From Chiloscyllium plagiosum (lineage: Eukaryota): a stretch of DNA of 64,000 bases. Under the pieces are notes generated by a model that searched no databases, was not told the origin of the DNA, and saw nothing but the letters and a program-made list of their open reading frames with translations. The DNA is taken from NCBI RefSeq assembly GCF_004010195.1, contig NC_057751.1:17424435-17488434 (forward strand), given 5' to 3'. Positions within the stretch are counted from its first letter, which is position 1, and each line of letters begins with the position of its first letter. A program made the position numbers and the translations under genes. This document shows positions 35,761-49,329 of this stretch, one piece after another.

Positions 35761-38029
35761 TACAAAGAACATAGAACATACAACAATACAGCACGGAACA
35801 GGCCCTTCGGTCCACAATGTTGTGACGAACATTTGTCATTGCTTAAGCACCTATCTGTGTAGCTCTCCAATTGCCGCTTAAAGGTCACCAATGATTCTGA
35901 CTCTGCCACTCCCACAATCAGCACATTCCATGCCTCCACCACTCTCTGGGTAAAGAACCTACCCCTGACATCCGCCCTAAAACCTTCCACCCTTCAACTT
36001 AAATTTATGTCCCCTTGTAACACTCTGTTGTACCCGGGGGAAAAGTTTCTGACTGTCTACTCTATCTATTCCTCTGATCATCTTATAAACCTCTATCAAG
36101 TCACCCCTCATCCTTCGCCGTTCCATTGAAAAAAGTCCTAGCACTCTCAACCTATCCTCATACGATCCATTCTCCATTCCAGGCAACATCCTGGTAAATC
36201 TTCGCTGCACCCTCTCCAAAGCTTCCACATCTTTCCTAAAGTGAGGCGACCAGAACTGCGCACAGTACTCCAAATGTGGCCTAACCAAGGTCCTGTACAG
36301 CTGCAACATCACTTCATGACTCTTGAATTCAATCCCTCTGCTAATGAACGCTAATACACCATAGGCCTTCCTACAAGCTCTATCCACCTGAGTGGCAACT
36401 TTCAAAGATCCATGAACATAAATCCCAAGATCCCTCTGTTCCTCCACCTTACTAAGAACCCTACCGTTAACCCTGTGTTCCGCATTCGTATTTGTCCTTC
36501 CAAAATTTACAACCTCACACTTGACAGGGTTGAACTCCATCTGCCACTCCTCAGCCCAGCTCTGCATCATATCTAAGTCCATTTGCAGCCGACAACAGCC
36601 CTCCTCACTATCCACAGCTCCAGAAATCTTCGTATCATCTGCAAATTTACTGACCCACCCTTCGACTCCCTCTTCCAAGTCATTAATAAAAATTACAAAC
36701 AGCAGAGGACCCATAACAGATCCCTGCGGAACTCCACTTGTAACTGGGCTCCAGGCTGAATATTGACCATCTACACTACTCTCGGACATCGATCGGTTAG
36801 CCAGTTTTCTATCCCACTGGTCAAATTTCCCTTTATCCAATGCCTACTGACTTTCCGCATAAGCCTACCATGGCGAACCTTATCAAATGCCTTGCTAAAA
36901 TCCATGTACACTACATCCACTGCTCTACCCTCATCCACATGCTTGGTCACCTCCTCAAAGAATTCAATACACTTGTAAGGCAAGACCTACCCCTCACAAA
37001 TCCGTGCTGGCTGTCCCTAATCAAGCAGTGTCTTTCCAGATACTCATAAATCCTATCCCTCAGTACCCTTTCCACTACTTTGCCTACCACCGAAGTAAGA
37101 CTAACAGGCCTGTAATTCCCGGGGTTATCCCTATTCCCTTTTTTGAACAGGGGCACAACATTCGCTACTCTCCAGTCCCCTGGTACCACCCCTGTTGACA
37201 GTGAAGACGAAAAGATCATTGCCAACGGCTCTGCAATTTCCTCTCTTGCTTCCCACATAATCCTAGGATATACCCCGTCAGGCCCGGGGGACTTGTTTAT
37301 CCTCAAGTTGTTCTAAATGCCCAACACATCTTCCTTCCTAATAAGTATCTCTTCTAGCTTACCAGTCCGTATCACACTCTCCTCTTCAACAATACGGTCC
37401 CTCTCGTTTGTAAATATTGAAGAAATGTACACATTCAGACCTCTCCTATCTCTTCCGACTCAATACACAGTCTCCCACTACTGTCCTTGATCGGACCTAC
37501 CCTCGTTCTCATCATTCTCATGTTTCTCACATACGCATAAAATGCCTTGGGGTTATCCTTGATCCTATCCGCCAAAGATTTTTCATGCTCTCTCTTAGCT
37601 CTCCAATCCCTTTCTTCAGGTCCCTTCTGGCTATCCTGTATCGCTCCAACGCTCTGTCTGAACCTTATTTCCTCAACCTTATGTAAGCCTCCTTCTTTCT
37701 TTTCACATGACATTCAACCTCCCTCGTCAACGAAGGTTCCCTCACGCGACCATCTCTTCCCTTCCTGACAGGTACATACATATCAAGGACACGTCGTATC
37801 TGTTCCTTGAAAAAGTTCCACATTTCCACGACATCCTTCCCCGACAGCCTATGCTCCCAACTTATGCGCCACAGATCCTGTCTTACAGCATCGTATTTTT
37901 CCCTTCCTCCAATTGTAAAACCTACCCTGTTGCACGCACTTATCTATTTCCATAACCAAGGTGAAAGTCACAGAATTGTGGTCATCCTCACCAAAATGTT
38001 CACCCACTAACAAGCCCATCACTTGTCCC
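35761..38029 (-). mobile_element. Young 5'-truncated CR1 LINE, same subfamily as 27860-30372
   Basis: ORFs 35977-36840, 36771-36983 and 36947-37306 are nearly identical in protein to the + strand copy; tagaaca tail at ~35761-35785. Confidence 0.97.
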
Positions 38030-40849
38030 GAATACGTGTTTGTGGTCCAGTATTAATACTAATTGATATCCCTAAATGTTTTTCAAAACCTCCTTCTCCA
38101 TCTGGGATATTTGTTTTTGGTATCATCCAAAATCCGGAAGCATATGTATTTTGGGTCACCAGGGAGCCAAGAGAATCTGATACTATACAGAGATGCATCA
38201 TATATCAGCATCGTATCGCGCCTGGGATTGCAGTAAACCAGCACTTTATGTAACGATAGTCGCTTTCTCAGTTCTCTAAAGGCTACATCTTCGCTAGAGG
38301 CCATTTTTCAAAGCTGACCATTTTTCGATAGCCATTGTAAGGGTGCCGAGATTGAGGCCAATTGACGTGTGAACTTTCTGTAATAGTTCACCAACCCCAG
38401 GAAAGAGCTTAGCTCCCAGAGGCACATAAGAACTTAGGCAGTTTTGATCGCACTCACTTCATTTTCTAAATCCTGTAATCCCGTCTTGTCGACTCAATAA
38501 CACAGAAAGTTCACTTGAGGTGCCCGGAAGGCGCAATTCCCCTCCTGGGTAAATCTTTAATAACTATGCCCAAGTTCTCCAAGTGCTTTTTATTGATGTT
38601 CCCAGTTATGAGTATATCACCTGGATAAATGATACTCTGGGCTAAAACTTCTGAAATGTTCTCTTATTGTCCGCTTGAATAGTGCCCAGGCTGATAGTAC
38701 CCCAAATGACAGTCGTGTGTGTTGGTGCAATGACTTACACTTTTACTTGTAGCATTCTTCTGTTAATCGTCATTTTGTCACATTTGCAGTCTCGCATGGC
38801 TCATGTCCAGCCTCTTGAGGGACAATTGTCAACCCTCCCCCCTCCGCCAGCTTTAGATGCAAACGTTCTTTTTGTATGATTGATTGTATATCCATTTCCA
38901 CGAAAACTTTTACCATTTGCTTAAAATCCCCACAAAGGCATTATAATCAGTAGGACTGGTTCTATCCATTCTGAAAACTGTATTTGGTTAATGATATCTT
39001 CGCTTTCCAGCTTTCTGTTTTTTGCCTCTACTTTTGCATATAAAAGAAATTGCACGGGGCAGGATTGCAAGATTGTGGAATTGCTTCCTGGTCAATGTGC
39101 AAAGTTGTCTTAGCTCATTAGATGTTCCCAACATTGTCCCAAACAAGTTCTGGGTATTTAAATATATTTCATTCAGGCAGCCGTTTTCGAAAGGAAAATG
39201 CTGAGACAATCAAACTGAATCTTTCTCAATGACGTCCATACCATCAAGATTCAGCTGAGCCGTTTACCTACGATCAGTTGTAATGAGAAAAATTGCTCCT
39301 CATATGAGGCGAGAACGAAAGTCACATCCTTAATATCTAACATTTTCTGATATAATAGTAAGTATTCTCAGTTTGGCCAAAGTCTTGTGCAAACTTAAGA
39401 GTTGGTGTCCCAAGCGTAACTCATTAAAGTCTGGTTCGCAATCACTGATACAAGCCCTCAGGTATTGATCCATATTAGAACCGGGTGATCATTTAACAAA
39501 TTATTTTCATGAATTGATTCTGATTTTGGTGTTGCTAAACAATTTAACTGTTCCACATATGCAGGTTTCCAGGTTCTACACTCTCCTGGACACTGGCTGA
39601 TGAGCTCTTGTACTGCAGCACTCTATTGAATCTGCGGATCAGCAACAATATAATGCTGTACCTGAGCGGTTTCTGAAGTACGTTATAGCCATTTGATTGC
39701 GTCTCAGTTTTACTTTGGAGGTTTTCTGTAGTCTAAACTATGCTCCTTCTGATCAGGATATATCCCGCATAAGATTTCCTGCACTCAAGTATGATTCCCT
39801 GTCGGCAATGTGAAGTTGTGCACTTGATTGAGGTTTTCTTGAGTCACGTGCTCCATTTCGTCCATTTTCTAAGACAAGGCCAGTTGAATTGCCTGTTTGA
39901 AGTTCCTTTAGGCTCCAGTTAGGAGGCGCTATTGTATTGTTCCACCATTAATCTCACGGACCAAACAGTCTCTCAGCAGCTCTCTCCCAAGATTAAACCA
40001 AATCCCCTTTTCTAGGCTAGTCACCTCAAACTCGTCAAAAATACTCTTACGGATTCCACTGTTTCCAGAACTGTCAAGTGAATCCAGTAACGGAATATTC
40101 CTTAGTAAAATTATCAACCCTTGAAAACGTTTAGCATCTGGTAGCTCTGGGAACGTCAGGTTCCTAATAACCGAAAAAAAAAACCGTGAGTCGACATGCT
40201 CTAAGAAGAATTATTCGGAGCTTTTCGTCTGCCCCAATGTAATTTGTCATGAAAAGAATAACACATTGTTTCCACATACTAGGCTCAGTCTTCCTTGGTA
40301 GGAACAAAAGAGTAAAACTTTCTAAATAAAGGCGTAATGTCAGAAATGCTTACCCAAACGTTTCGACGACTGTTGTCAGTGAATGTCATTCAGGAGCGAG
40401 TTGTTTTCTCACGACAACACTGAAATAACTGAATGGAGGTTGATGTCCCAATGTCAAACCATCCTTTATCAATGTGTTCACTGGACATGGCCTTTACGAG
40501 TTAGCTCAGAGACAATTCGTTAAGAGTCCTGTTTTATTTTTCCAATGATCTAGCGCACTCAGAGCCAGCTGTCAAAGTGGACAGAACCTCTGACACGCCT
40601 GTTCTTTTCTTAAAATTTCTCCCACACTGCTGCCAAACAGGAGTAGTATTTCCGTTCTTCCAGCACACAAGTCGTGAATGTGCAGGTGTATGACACGGTA
40701 ATGAACAACAAGTGCGAACATATTTAGTTATATTATACCACCGGAAAGAAAGAAAATATCAGAATGGCCAGTGACAAGGAGTTAGCTTCTCAACAAAGGC
40801 AATGCTGCGTGATCATAAACGTGAGAGGGGAGGACAGGGACTAACTCAA

Positions 40850-41200
40850 AATAGAGTTGGAGGGGAAACTTCACTCCACAGCACACGGTGCCCACCTCTC
40901 CCAAGCAGCTCCAGTCTGTTGGTGGGCACCATGTGCTCTCTCTCCTGGGACTCTCAAGCTGGAATGTAACAACGGAAGAGGGGCACGCATTCGGCCCTAA
41001 CGACACCGTCCAGGCCCAGCTGCCTGGATCTGTTTATAGCCAGTATGGTCAGGCCTAGAAGAAGACTCACGAGGACGTCCTCTGTCCTGCCCTCCCCACC
41101 CCCTGCATCGGATGCTCAAACATCAAGAGTTTGCGCTTGAAGCTCAAACAGAAACAGAGGTTAAGATTTGTAAGAAAATCAGAAAAGAGATTTTAAACGC
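40850..41200 (-). mobile_element. Tx1/L1-type LINE ORF2 C-terminal fragment
   Basis: The minus strand gives EDVLVSLLLGLTILAINRSRQ..GVVRAECVPLFRCY...EREH, which resembles vertebrate Tx1 ORF2 C-termini. Confidence 0.65.
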
Positions 41201-41559
41201 CCACACCTAATATATATACATGATGCATGGATTCGACAGCACCACAGAACCAACAGTTGGGCTGGGCGTCCATGAACCACTGCAGTCTGCGTTTGCAGGG
41301 GACTGTTGCTTGCAGCACACAACATACCAGGTCCTGACAGAAACGATGAGGACTCCCGCGAAGAGGAGGGTCATGATTATTTGTATTCTACGACCAGGAA
41401 GAAAGGAAACACACAAATGGCCAGTGACAAGGAATGTGCCCCTCATCAAAGGGCAATTATACCTAATCGGAAAAGTGAAAGGGATGTCATGGAAGAGTGT
41501 TTTGTTTAGTTCCCTAAAATGAGGAGGTTCTATATATACTATTTTACTCTATTTCTTTA

Positions 41560-42560
41560 AACAGTTCAGTTTACAAGCAATTAACATTAACATCAGTACT
41601 CAGAGAAATTGCAAAATTACAAGGGGAGAGGGGCAGCAAAGCCAGAACACAAACCATACCGTTCAAACAGTTTTCACGGAAATGAGGACAAGCCTCAAAT
41701 CCCATTTGCAGTCATCTCTAAAGTAGCAGTAACTAATACAGACAAGACAATCCAATTAGGTAAGAAATAGTAGGCAGAATACCGTGACCGAGGGACACAG
41801 TAAGCCACCCGTCCCTCTCACCATCCGCCCCCCCCCACCCCCAAGGCAGACCACCCCTATAGCCCCTTCTGGGTATCAGTCCGCACTATGGCCCTTTTGC
41901 TTTTGGTTCGCTCTGATAAATCTTCCAGCCACCTCTCGGACAGCTAATCCTGCTTACTCACACCCCCAGGATGACAGCGATTGAGACAGCATACCCATAT
42001 TCAGCTTCCATTACTGCACTTTCCATCTTCCGATCACCTCTCGGACAGCCTGCTCTAGTACCTGCCTGGTGTGACAGCGCGGAGGACGGGTAAGCTGCTT
42101 TCCGGCTCTTGGCTTCCCTGATGTACCATCTGGTTCGAGCGCAGGCGAATGCACAACCCAGCTGCTGGGCTGCCATGACACAGATTCTGGCCACCTCTCG
42201 AAAAGCCCGTCCCCCTCCCTGAGCGCAGGGCATCACACAATCCTTCTGGTTCCCGGCCTGCCTCAAGCACCTTCCAGGTCTCAGGCTCTCTGACACACTT
42301 TCTGGCCACTAATAGGACAGCCCGTCCTGATTACTCCCTTCTCAGGACGACAGTGCCTCGAAAGGCGTACTCTCCATTGGGCTCTCAGGGCAACCTGCAT
42401 CGGGATGTTGTAAACACCTTCTGGCTTTCAGGGCTGCCAACCCACCTTCAGGTTCGCAGGACAGCATAACCACCCTCTCTCGGTTGACAGCTTGTATGGC
42501 GACCTATGAGTCTCGCAGCTCACAATGAGACCTGCTATACACAGGGACACACGAGATAGT
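41560..42560 (-). mobile_element. Probable Tx1/L1-type LINE remnant with internal deletions
   Basis: GC-richer block with WKLNxxML (~WKLNxxLL after the EN domain) near 41990-42010. Confidence 0.4.
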
Positions 42561-42849
42561 GCAGGTGATTGACCTAATTAATAACAAGACAGTCAATTCA
42601 CAACAAATAGAGTCCTTTCCAGTACACATAGTCCATTACCTAAAACAGTTCTCTTCCGCAGATCTGTGTTTCTTTGTCTGCCACGACTGCCTGATTGGAG
42701 TATGTGCTACTCTGCCCACTTAGGAAACTCATTTTCAATCAGTTCCATCTGGCCAAACTCATTCCAGTCACTACACTTTGTTTGTACATCACTTCAACTC
42801 TAAGCACACCTCATTCTTGTTTCTTTATCCAGCACACTCGCGACTTTGT

Positions 42850-44600
42850 AAACCTCTGTCAGATATCACGCTATGCCTTGAAAGAATTCATTACACAGAT
42901 AATGGGTGCATTGGTTTTTAGTTTTCAGCAATTGCTGGATATCGGAGAAGTTCCGGATGACTGGAAAACTACCAAGGTGACACTCCTATTTAAAAAGAAA
43001 GGGAAGAAATAACTGGGAAACTCTAGACCGCTTAATCTAACATTCATTTCAAGAAAACAATGTTCGAATCGATTATTAAGGAAGGAATTGGAATTCATTT
43101 GGGAAGTTGTAATATACCCCCAAATAGGGACAGCAGGGTTTCATGACAGTGAGAGTATGACTGACCAAATCAATGGAGATGATCGGTGAAATGGATAGCT
43201 GGAAAAATTACATGCCTGCATTTGGACTTGCAGAAAACATTCAACAAGGTACCTTCCAGAAGATTAAGCATTCAGAGCTCATGTTGTTGAGGTCGCATTT
43301 TGGTGTGGATAAATATTGGGCAGAAACAGCGAGAGTGTTAAATGGATTGTTTCTTCAGCTTGAACGTACAGATCAGTTCTGACAGAGCAACTGTTTACAA
43401 TATATTCTAATGCCATAGGTTAATGAAACCAATTCACTGTCAGCAAACTTTGCAAATGACACAAAAATAGATGGAAAGGGAAGTCACAATGGGGATTAAA
43501 ACAATGAACAGAGAGATATCGATATGTGAAATAATTGAACAAACGCTTGACAAGTTATGGATGATAAGGGTAAATCTGAAAGTGTACACTTTGGAAGGGA
43601 GACTAAAAATGGCGATGCATTGTATAAATGTAGAAAAACTGTGCAAAACTTGGGGCGACTTGTACACAGAAGACAGAAAGCCATCACAAACATTTACTCC
43701 TGATTTCAAGGGAGTCCAGTATCAGTGCAGGGAAGCGTTCCTGCAACTGGCAAAGGTGCTGTTTGAAGTGCTGTGATTAGACTCCTACAGTCTGGAAATA
43801 GGACCTTTGGCCCAAGAAGTCCACACCGACCGTCTGAAGAGTAATCCACCCAGACCCATGCCCCTACCTTTCTTCACCCCCGACTAATACACTTAAAATG
43901 GCAATTTATCATAGCCAATTCGCCTGACCAGCACATCTTTGAATTGCGGGAAGAAAACCAGAGCACGCAGAAGAAACCCACACAGACACGGAGAATGTAC
44001 AAACTCCATACAGACACTCACCCGAAGCTGTGAACGAACCTGGATCCCTTGTGCTGTAGGGCAAAAGTGCTAACCACCGAGCCACCTTGCTGCCCCAAGC
44101 TGCTGCTTACTTATTTAAAATGTATATCATATCACTGAAGGTAGATTAGATGCCATTCTTTAGGATGATGTCTGGCATGGAGGGATGGTCTCATGGGCAA
44201 AGGCGAAACACATTAGGACTCCACTCACTGGAGACATGAAGAATGAGAGGAGAACTCTTTGAAACACAGAGGATTCTTCGGGGGCTTGACAGAGTAAATT
44301 GAAAGGATATTATTTATAATAGTAGAGTCTGGGTTCTGGAGCGTTGCCTCAGAAAAGAAGAGCTAAAACTAAATTCTGAGATAAGGAGGAATTTTTTCTC
44401 TCTGAGCGAACTATTTTTCACAGACAACTGTGGCGGCAGATTTCTTTTACATATTTAATGCCGAGATCAATATAACTATTCTTGTTCAATTGCGAATCAA
44501 TATTTGCAGGGAAAGGGCAAGAAATTAGATGCAACATGTCTGGGATCAGCCATGATCACATTGAATGATGTCGATAGAATTTAGAGGTTGAATTATCTAG
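42850..44600 (+). mobile_element. Old CR1 RT-to-tail remnant
   Basis: GEVPDDWKTTKVTLLFKK (ORF 42695-43012), degenerate NFANDTKI, and a 3'UTR gatcagccatgatc motif. Confidence 0.85.
43774..44096 (-). mobile_element. HE1-type SINE
   Basis: Reverse complement of the HE1 head (gctaaccaccgagccacc) and tail (gattagactcctacag...aagtccacaccgacc). Confidence 0.88.
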
Positions 44601-45699
44601 TCCTTTTCATTTCTTCCTATCCTCCTGTGATGCCATGGCTTTTTATTTAGCTGCCATTTTAATTCAGACTCACAGCCTGGGGAGATGAATGCGAATCGCA
44701 CCATTGCACATTGCACAATGTTCTTTCACTGTTGTGGAAAGGCAGGAATGTAGTTGTTAGTGCGAATGGTTCAGAACCCGAAGCAAATGCACGAGGGACA
44801 ATGGCTGAATTCACACCAAGACTGTTGCCAGTAATTCTTTAAATCTAGAAGCTGAAGTGGGGTATGAGGGGCGGGCTTAATTGTGTCTATTTAAAACTGT
44901 AGTGACATAGATAACGTAGACAGGGCAAAACATACTACTCATAGGAGGGGTCAATGACGGGGGGCATGGATTTTATGGAGCAAGCAGCAGGTAAGATGGA
45001 ATTGAATCGAACAGTTTTTCAACCAGTGGGTAGTGGGAATCTGGAACTCCTTGCCTGTAAGGGTGGGAGAGGCAGAAACACTCACAACTTTGAAGAGGTC
45101 GGTACATGTGAGCTTGTGATGTCAACTCCTCTAGGGTTATGAGACATGTGCTGGAAAATAGGATTTCATGAGTAAGATGATTGTTTTTCAGCTGGAGCAG
45201 AGTCGTTGTGCCAAACGGCCTTTTTCTGAGTTGTCAATGACTTGATGACTCTCTGAATATATTTAGAGAATCAGCCTCCACATATTTCACTGACAGTGAA
45301 TTCCACAGGCTCGTGACACTGAGCGAAGGCATTTCTCCCTATCCTAGATCAAAATGATCTAGCGTGTCTCTTGATATTCTACTGCGAGAGGAAATATATT
45401 TCTTGCATCTTATATATCCGGAGTTGTTAGAATTTTATGTGTTTCAATCATGTCCCACGCTGTTTTTATGAACGCCAAGATCTCATGTGGGACTCTCTCA
45501 TTCTTCCTGTTGCCAGCTTACTGCTCTGTATTGAAGGCGTTGATATCCTTTCTGAGATCGGGAGAGCAAAACTGCACACGACAGTACAGGTGTGGTCTTA
45601 GAATAATCCCCTAACTGAAGTAAGGCATACATACTTCGGAACTCCAATCCTCTTGTAATGAAGACCAATTTTAGAATCCTTACAGTGTAGTAAGAAATA

Positions 45700-45953
45700 A
45701 TTTGTCCCATTGAGTCTGTGTCGAGACTATGAAGGCAATGGCACCCTGTCACGTAAGTACGTATTTACCATGGTCAATCCAGCTAAACTGAATGAATTTG
45801 GACAATGAATGAAAACTGGAACAGCAAGTAGAAACCCACACAGAACAGGGAGAACGCGAAAGCTCGACAACAGCAAACAACCTAGGCTGGAATCGAACAG
45901 AGTTCCTGGAGCTGTGAAGCAGCAGTGCTAAACACCGAGCCGCCATGCCACCC
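45700..45953 (-). mobile_element. Degraded V-SINE/HE1-type SINE
   Basis: ggaatcgaac (B box) and gcagcagtgctaaacaccgagccgccatgcc (head), both as reverse complements. Confidence 0.75.
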
Positions 45954-46019
45954 AATCTGCCAGGGTCAAGATATATACCGTGCTTTATTCTTTATTTCCA
46001 TTGTAGTACGCCTATTTAG

Positions 46020-47830
46020 ACATGCAACACAGCATTCGCATGAAAAGCATGGAGGTGTATATGGAGTCGAAGATGTTTGGCACTCTTACCCACATTAGTC
46101 AGAACATTGAGAATCGCAGATGACACATCATATTGCAGCTGTACAGAGCATTGTTGATTCCACTTTTACAATACTGCGTACAATTTCACTGGCGGGATAT
46201 TGTTAAAATTGAGACGGTGCAGAAAAAGAAAAATACAAGGATGTTACTCGGAATGGAAGGCTTGAATCATCAGTTGCGACCCTTTCATTTAAAGGGGCAT
46301 TCAGTATAGGGATAAGCAATTATGTTGCAGCTTTATAGAACATCTGTTGGACCATGTTTGCAATATAGTATGCAGTTTTGGCCATCACGTTACCAGAAGG
46401 ATCTATATGCTGTGGACAAGATACAGTAAATATTTACCAGATTGTTGCTTGGTATGGGGGATTTGTAGAGGAGCTGGGAAGTTCAGATTGGGTTGCCCAA
46501 GACATTAATGAGGCCTCTGCTGGAACTCTGCGCCCGTTTCTGTTCACCCCGTTATAGGAAGGATATTACTAAGCTGGACAGGGTTCAGAATAGATGCGTA
46601 AGCATGTTGCCGTGTTAGACAGCGTTTTGTTGAAAGAAATGCTGGACAGGTGAGGACTTTTTTTCACTAGAGCGCAGAGGTTGAGAGCAAAGTCATAAAA
46701 ATTGACAGTTACATACAGAGTGAGTGATAGTTGTCATTTCCCTCGGATGGTGGATTTCAAGACGAGAGAATTTTTAAGATGTGAGATTTAAAGAAGACAT
46801 GACAGGCTCGTTTTTTCTACACAGCGCATGTTCAATGAACTCCCGAGGAAGTGATGGATGTGGGCAAAATTAAAATGTTGAAAAGACGTTTGGAAATGCA
46901 AAGGAACGGAAAGGTTTGAAGGGTTACGTGTCAGAAACAGACAGGTACGACTAGTATAGTTTAAATTTGGAATACAGTCGGCAGGGATTGGTTTCAAAGA
47001 AGAGTCTGTTTCCATGTTGTGCGAGTCTGTGACTCTCTGATTCTGTCAGAAAGTCGGATAGATTGTTTCTGTTTTCACTGGAATGCAAGATGCTCAGGAA
47101 CAACCTGGTCGAAGTTCATATATTTATGAATGGAATGGAAATTCTGCGGTTTTCTTTCCCAGCGTGGAGGGTTCAATTCCTCAGGGACACAGGTTCAAAA
47201 TGCAGAGGATCCTGAAAAGAAATGTGTCAGGCAAAGTTTAGTGTGTGCCTGGAACGAGCTGCCTAAGGAGGTCGTGGAAACAGACATAACAGCAAAATTC
47301 AAGAATCACTTGGCCAAATGCACGAATGGGAAGAGAGTAGAGTGATACAGACAGTGAAAGCTAAGCCAGTTTTAGTATGGAAAGTCAAATTTTGTTGGAG
47401 TAGTCTTGGAGGACCGAAGGGCCCATTCCTGTGCTATATTGTTTTTCTTGGCGTTGTACCCAGCAGTGTAGTGGGCTGAGCATTGATCTTGCAGAGATTT
47501 ATAAAATCACATGAGATCGTGAATTCAGTGAATAAGCAAGGTCTTCTGGTGATTCCAGAACTACATGAAATAGGTTCAAGGTGAGAGGGTAAAGATGTGA
47601 AAGAGACCTGAGGGACAATTCTTTCATCTGCAGAGTGCTTGTACGAAATAAGTTTCCAGAGTGCGTAGTTGAGTCGGACACAATGACACTGTTTCACAAA
47701 CATCTGGATGGGTACATGAATAAGAAAATTAAGAGATTTGAGCCAATTGCTGCCAAACGGCTTCAGTGCATGTTACGATACTCCTTGGTGCGGATGAGTT
47801 GAATTGAACAGACTGTTTCCATGCTGTATG
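46020..47830 (+). mobile_element. Cluster of several old CR1 3' fragments in the same orientation
   Basis: Repeated LQLY..L..P.L.YC.QF-type segments at ~46130, 46320 and 46510, with separate tails ending at ~47040, 47440 and 47840. Confidence 0.8.
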
Positions 47831-48692
47831 CCTCCATGACTCTATTGATCCGTTCTGTCATTGCTGTGTTAGCATACACACAAGTTTCTTTTGAATATTA
47901 GAGACATTTGAGGTAATGTAAATCGAGATGAGAACGTGGAATAGCTGCAGGAAATTATTGGAGTGGATTCTGACACGATATCAGCTGAATTAGACTATTT
48001 TGCATATTCACAATCAGTTTCAGAGAACATTCACAAAGGATAATAAAGCTGGCATTGTATTACCATCTACTTGAGAAATCTCAACACATTTATGGTTCAA
48101 ACTTGAGGCATTGGAGCTGAGAGAAAAATTGAGGGCACAGAGGCAATGGAGGGTTGTAGGAATTGTGTGTGAGAGAAAGAGAGTGATGATTGAAAATGTT
48201 GATAACACATCATTTCAAAGTTTGAACATTTGAACAAACTGAGACAAGAGAAATTGAGAGCATTAATCAAAAGTGCGATGATAAATGGAGGGAGAATTTC
48301 GTGAAACATATAGTGTCCTTCACTTTATTAATCGGATCATAGACTACCGGAAATGTATTCAATCTCTAATTCGATGCGGCATGAAAAAAATCCTAATTTT
48401 GCATTTGCATTTTTGCACATCACATCAAATCTACAACGTATCGTTCTTCCTCCTAATACTGGTATAAACAGTTTCTCCCTTTCTCCCCTCCCCAGCCCAC
48501 GCATTATTTTCAAAACCTCTAAGATCTGCAGCATGGAAAGGGAGAACTGAGTCCATTCTAGTATAAAACGCTCCATACCTATGAACAAGGCCGTTTGACA
48601 ATCCCATTCATTTGGTCTCATGTGAGATAAGAGAGAGAGATGGCTCCTTAGTGAAGACTCCATCTAGCTGAGAAGTGGAGAGATACATGGAC

Positions 48693-48693
48693 G

Positions 48694-48742
<49 letters not shown>
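48693..48742. repeat. (AGAT)n microsatellite
   Basis: Perfect gata repeats. Confidence 0.98.
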
Positions 48743-48743
<1 letters not shown>

Positions 48744-49329
48744 GAATGGGAAAGAGAGAAAGGGGTGAGAGACATATAAGTGGCAAGAATAGGAACGCAA
48801 TCAGGTAAGAAATACAGAGGAGAGATCAACAGAGATTGAGAAAACCATAACAAGAGAAAGATCAGAGCAGAGTCAACCTGCAGAGAAGGAAACGAGTGAG
48901 ATGTGTTTCAGTTGACACAAAGGCCTTGTTGTTGTCTCTGCAGGTTTGTTCCTGGGACAGTGCTCAGGCTTAAGAAGGTTGCAAGAATTGCAGTGTGTGA
49001 TCCTCCATCCTGATATTCCGATTAAGATTCGCCTGTGCATTAGTGAATGGCTTATAGAATCTGTCAGTGCACCAGGTCAATGGCACTCCTGCATTGCATC
49101 AACATGAACTGTAAAAATGAATCCGATTTATTCATATCTGGGCCTTGGTGAATGCTAGTCCAAACAATCATTATGAAACGGGGTGAGGTTTGAATGTTCA
49201 GTGAAGGTTTGTTCAGATATTTGAAATTATGTGCTGTCTAGTGCACTCTTGACTGATCTGAAAGGAGCAGGACCATATCTGAGTCATGTTTCACTGTGTG
49301 TGAGAACTTACAGTGCACCAATGAAAGTG

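Larger units (their letters stand above)
33960..40600 (-). mobile_element. Ty3/Gypsy LTR retrotransposon (LTR-gag-PR-RT-RNaseH-IN-LTR), decayed, interrupted by a CR1
   Basis: PR LNDHPVLIWINT*GLVSVI (~39440-39500); RT IYPGDILITG (~YLDD, ~38600-38630); RNase H AFRELRKRLS..DASLYSI and DHKHVFG..KEDKAVP; IN EWLNNPRTRLHVNNTGSSM..LVTVDVPSMWL (35017-35274). LTR-like ends begin tgaaataact at 33960 and 40421, and a pyrimidine tract (minus-strand PPT) lies at 34196-34213. Confidence 0.9.

Noticed and set aside
40340..40385. Minus-strand ctgacaa...GAAACGTT hammerhead-like motif
   Set aside because: The core lacks the invariant G8 (CUGAnGA) and a stem II. It lies in the Gypsy leader.
48925..49110. Plus-strand splice-acceptor-like site (ttgtctctgcag) in non-repeat sequence; a similar minus-strand site lies at ~8568
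   Set aside because: No recognisable protein or matching donor follows in any frame.
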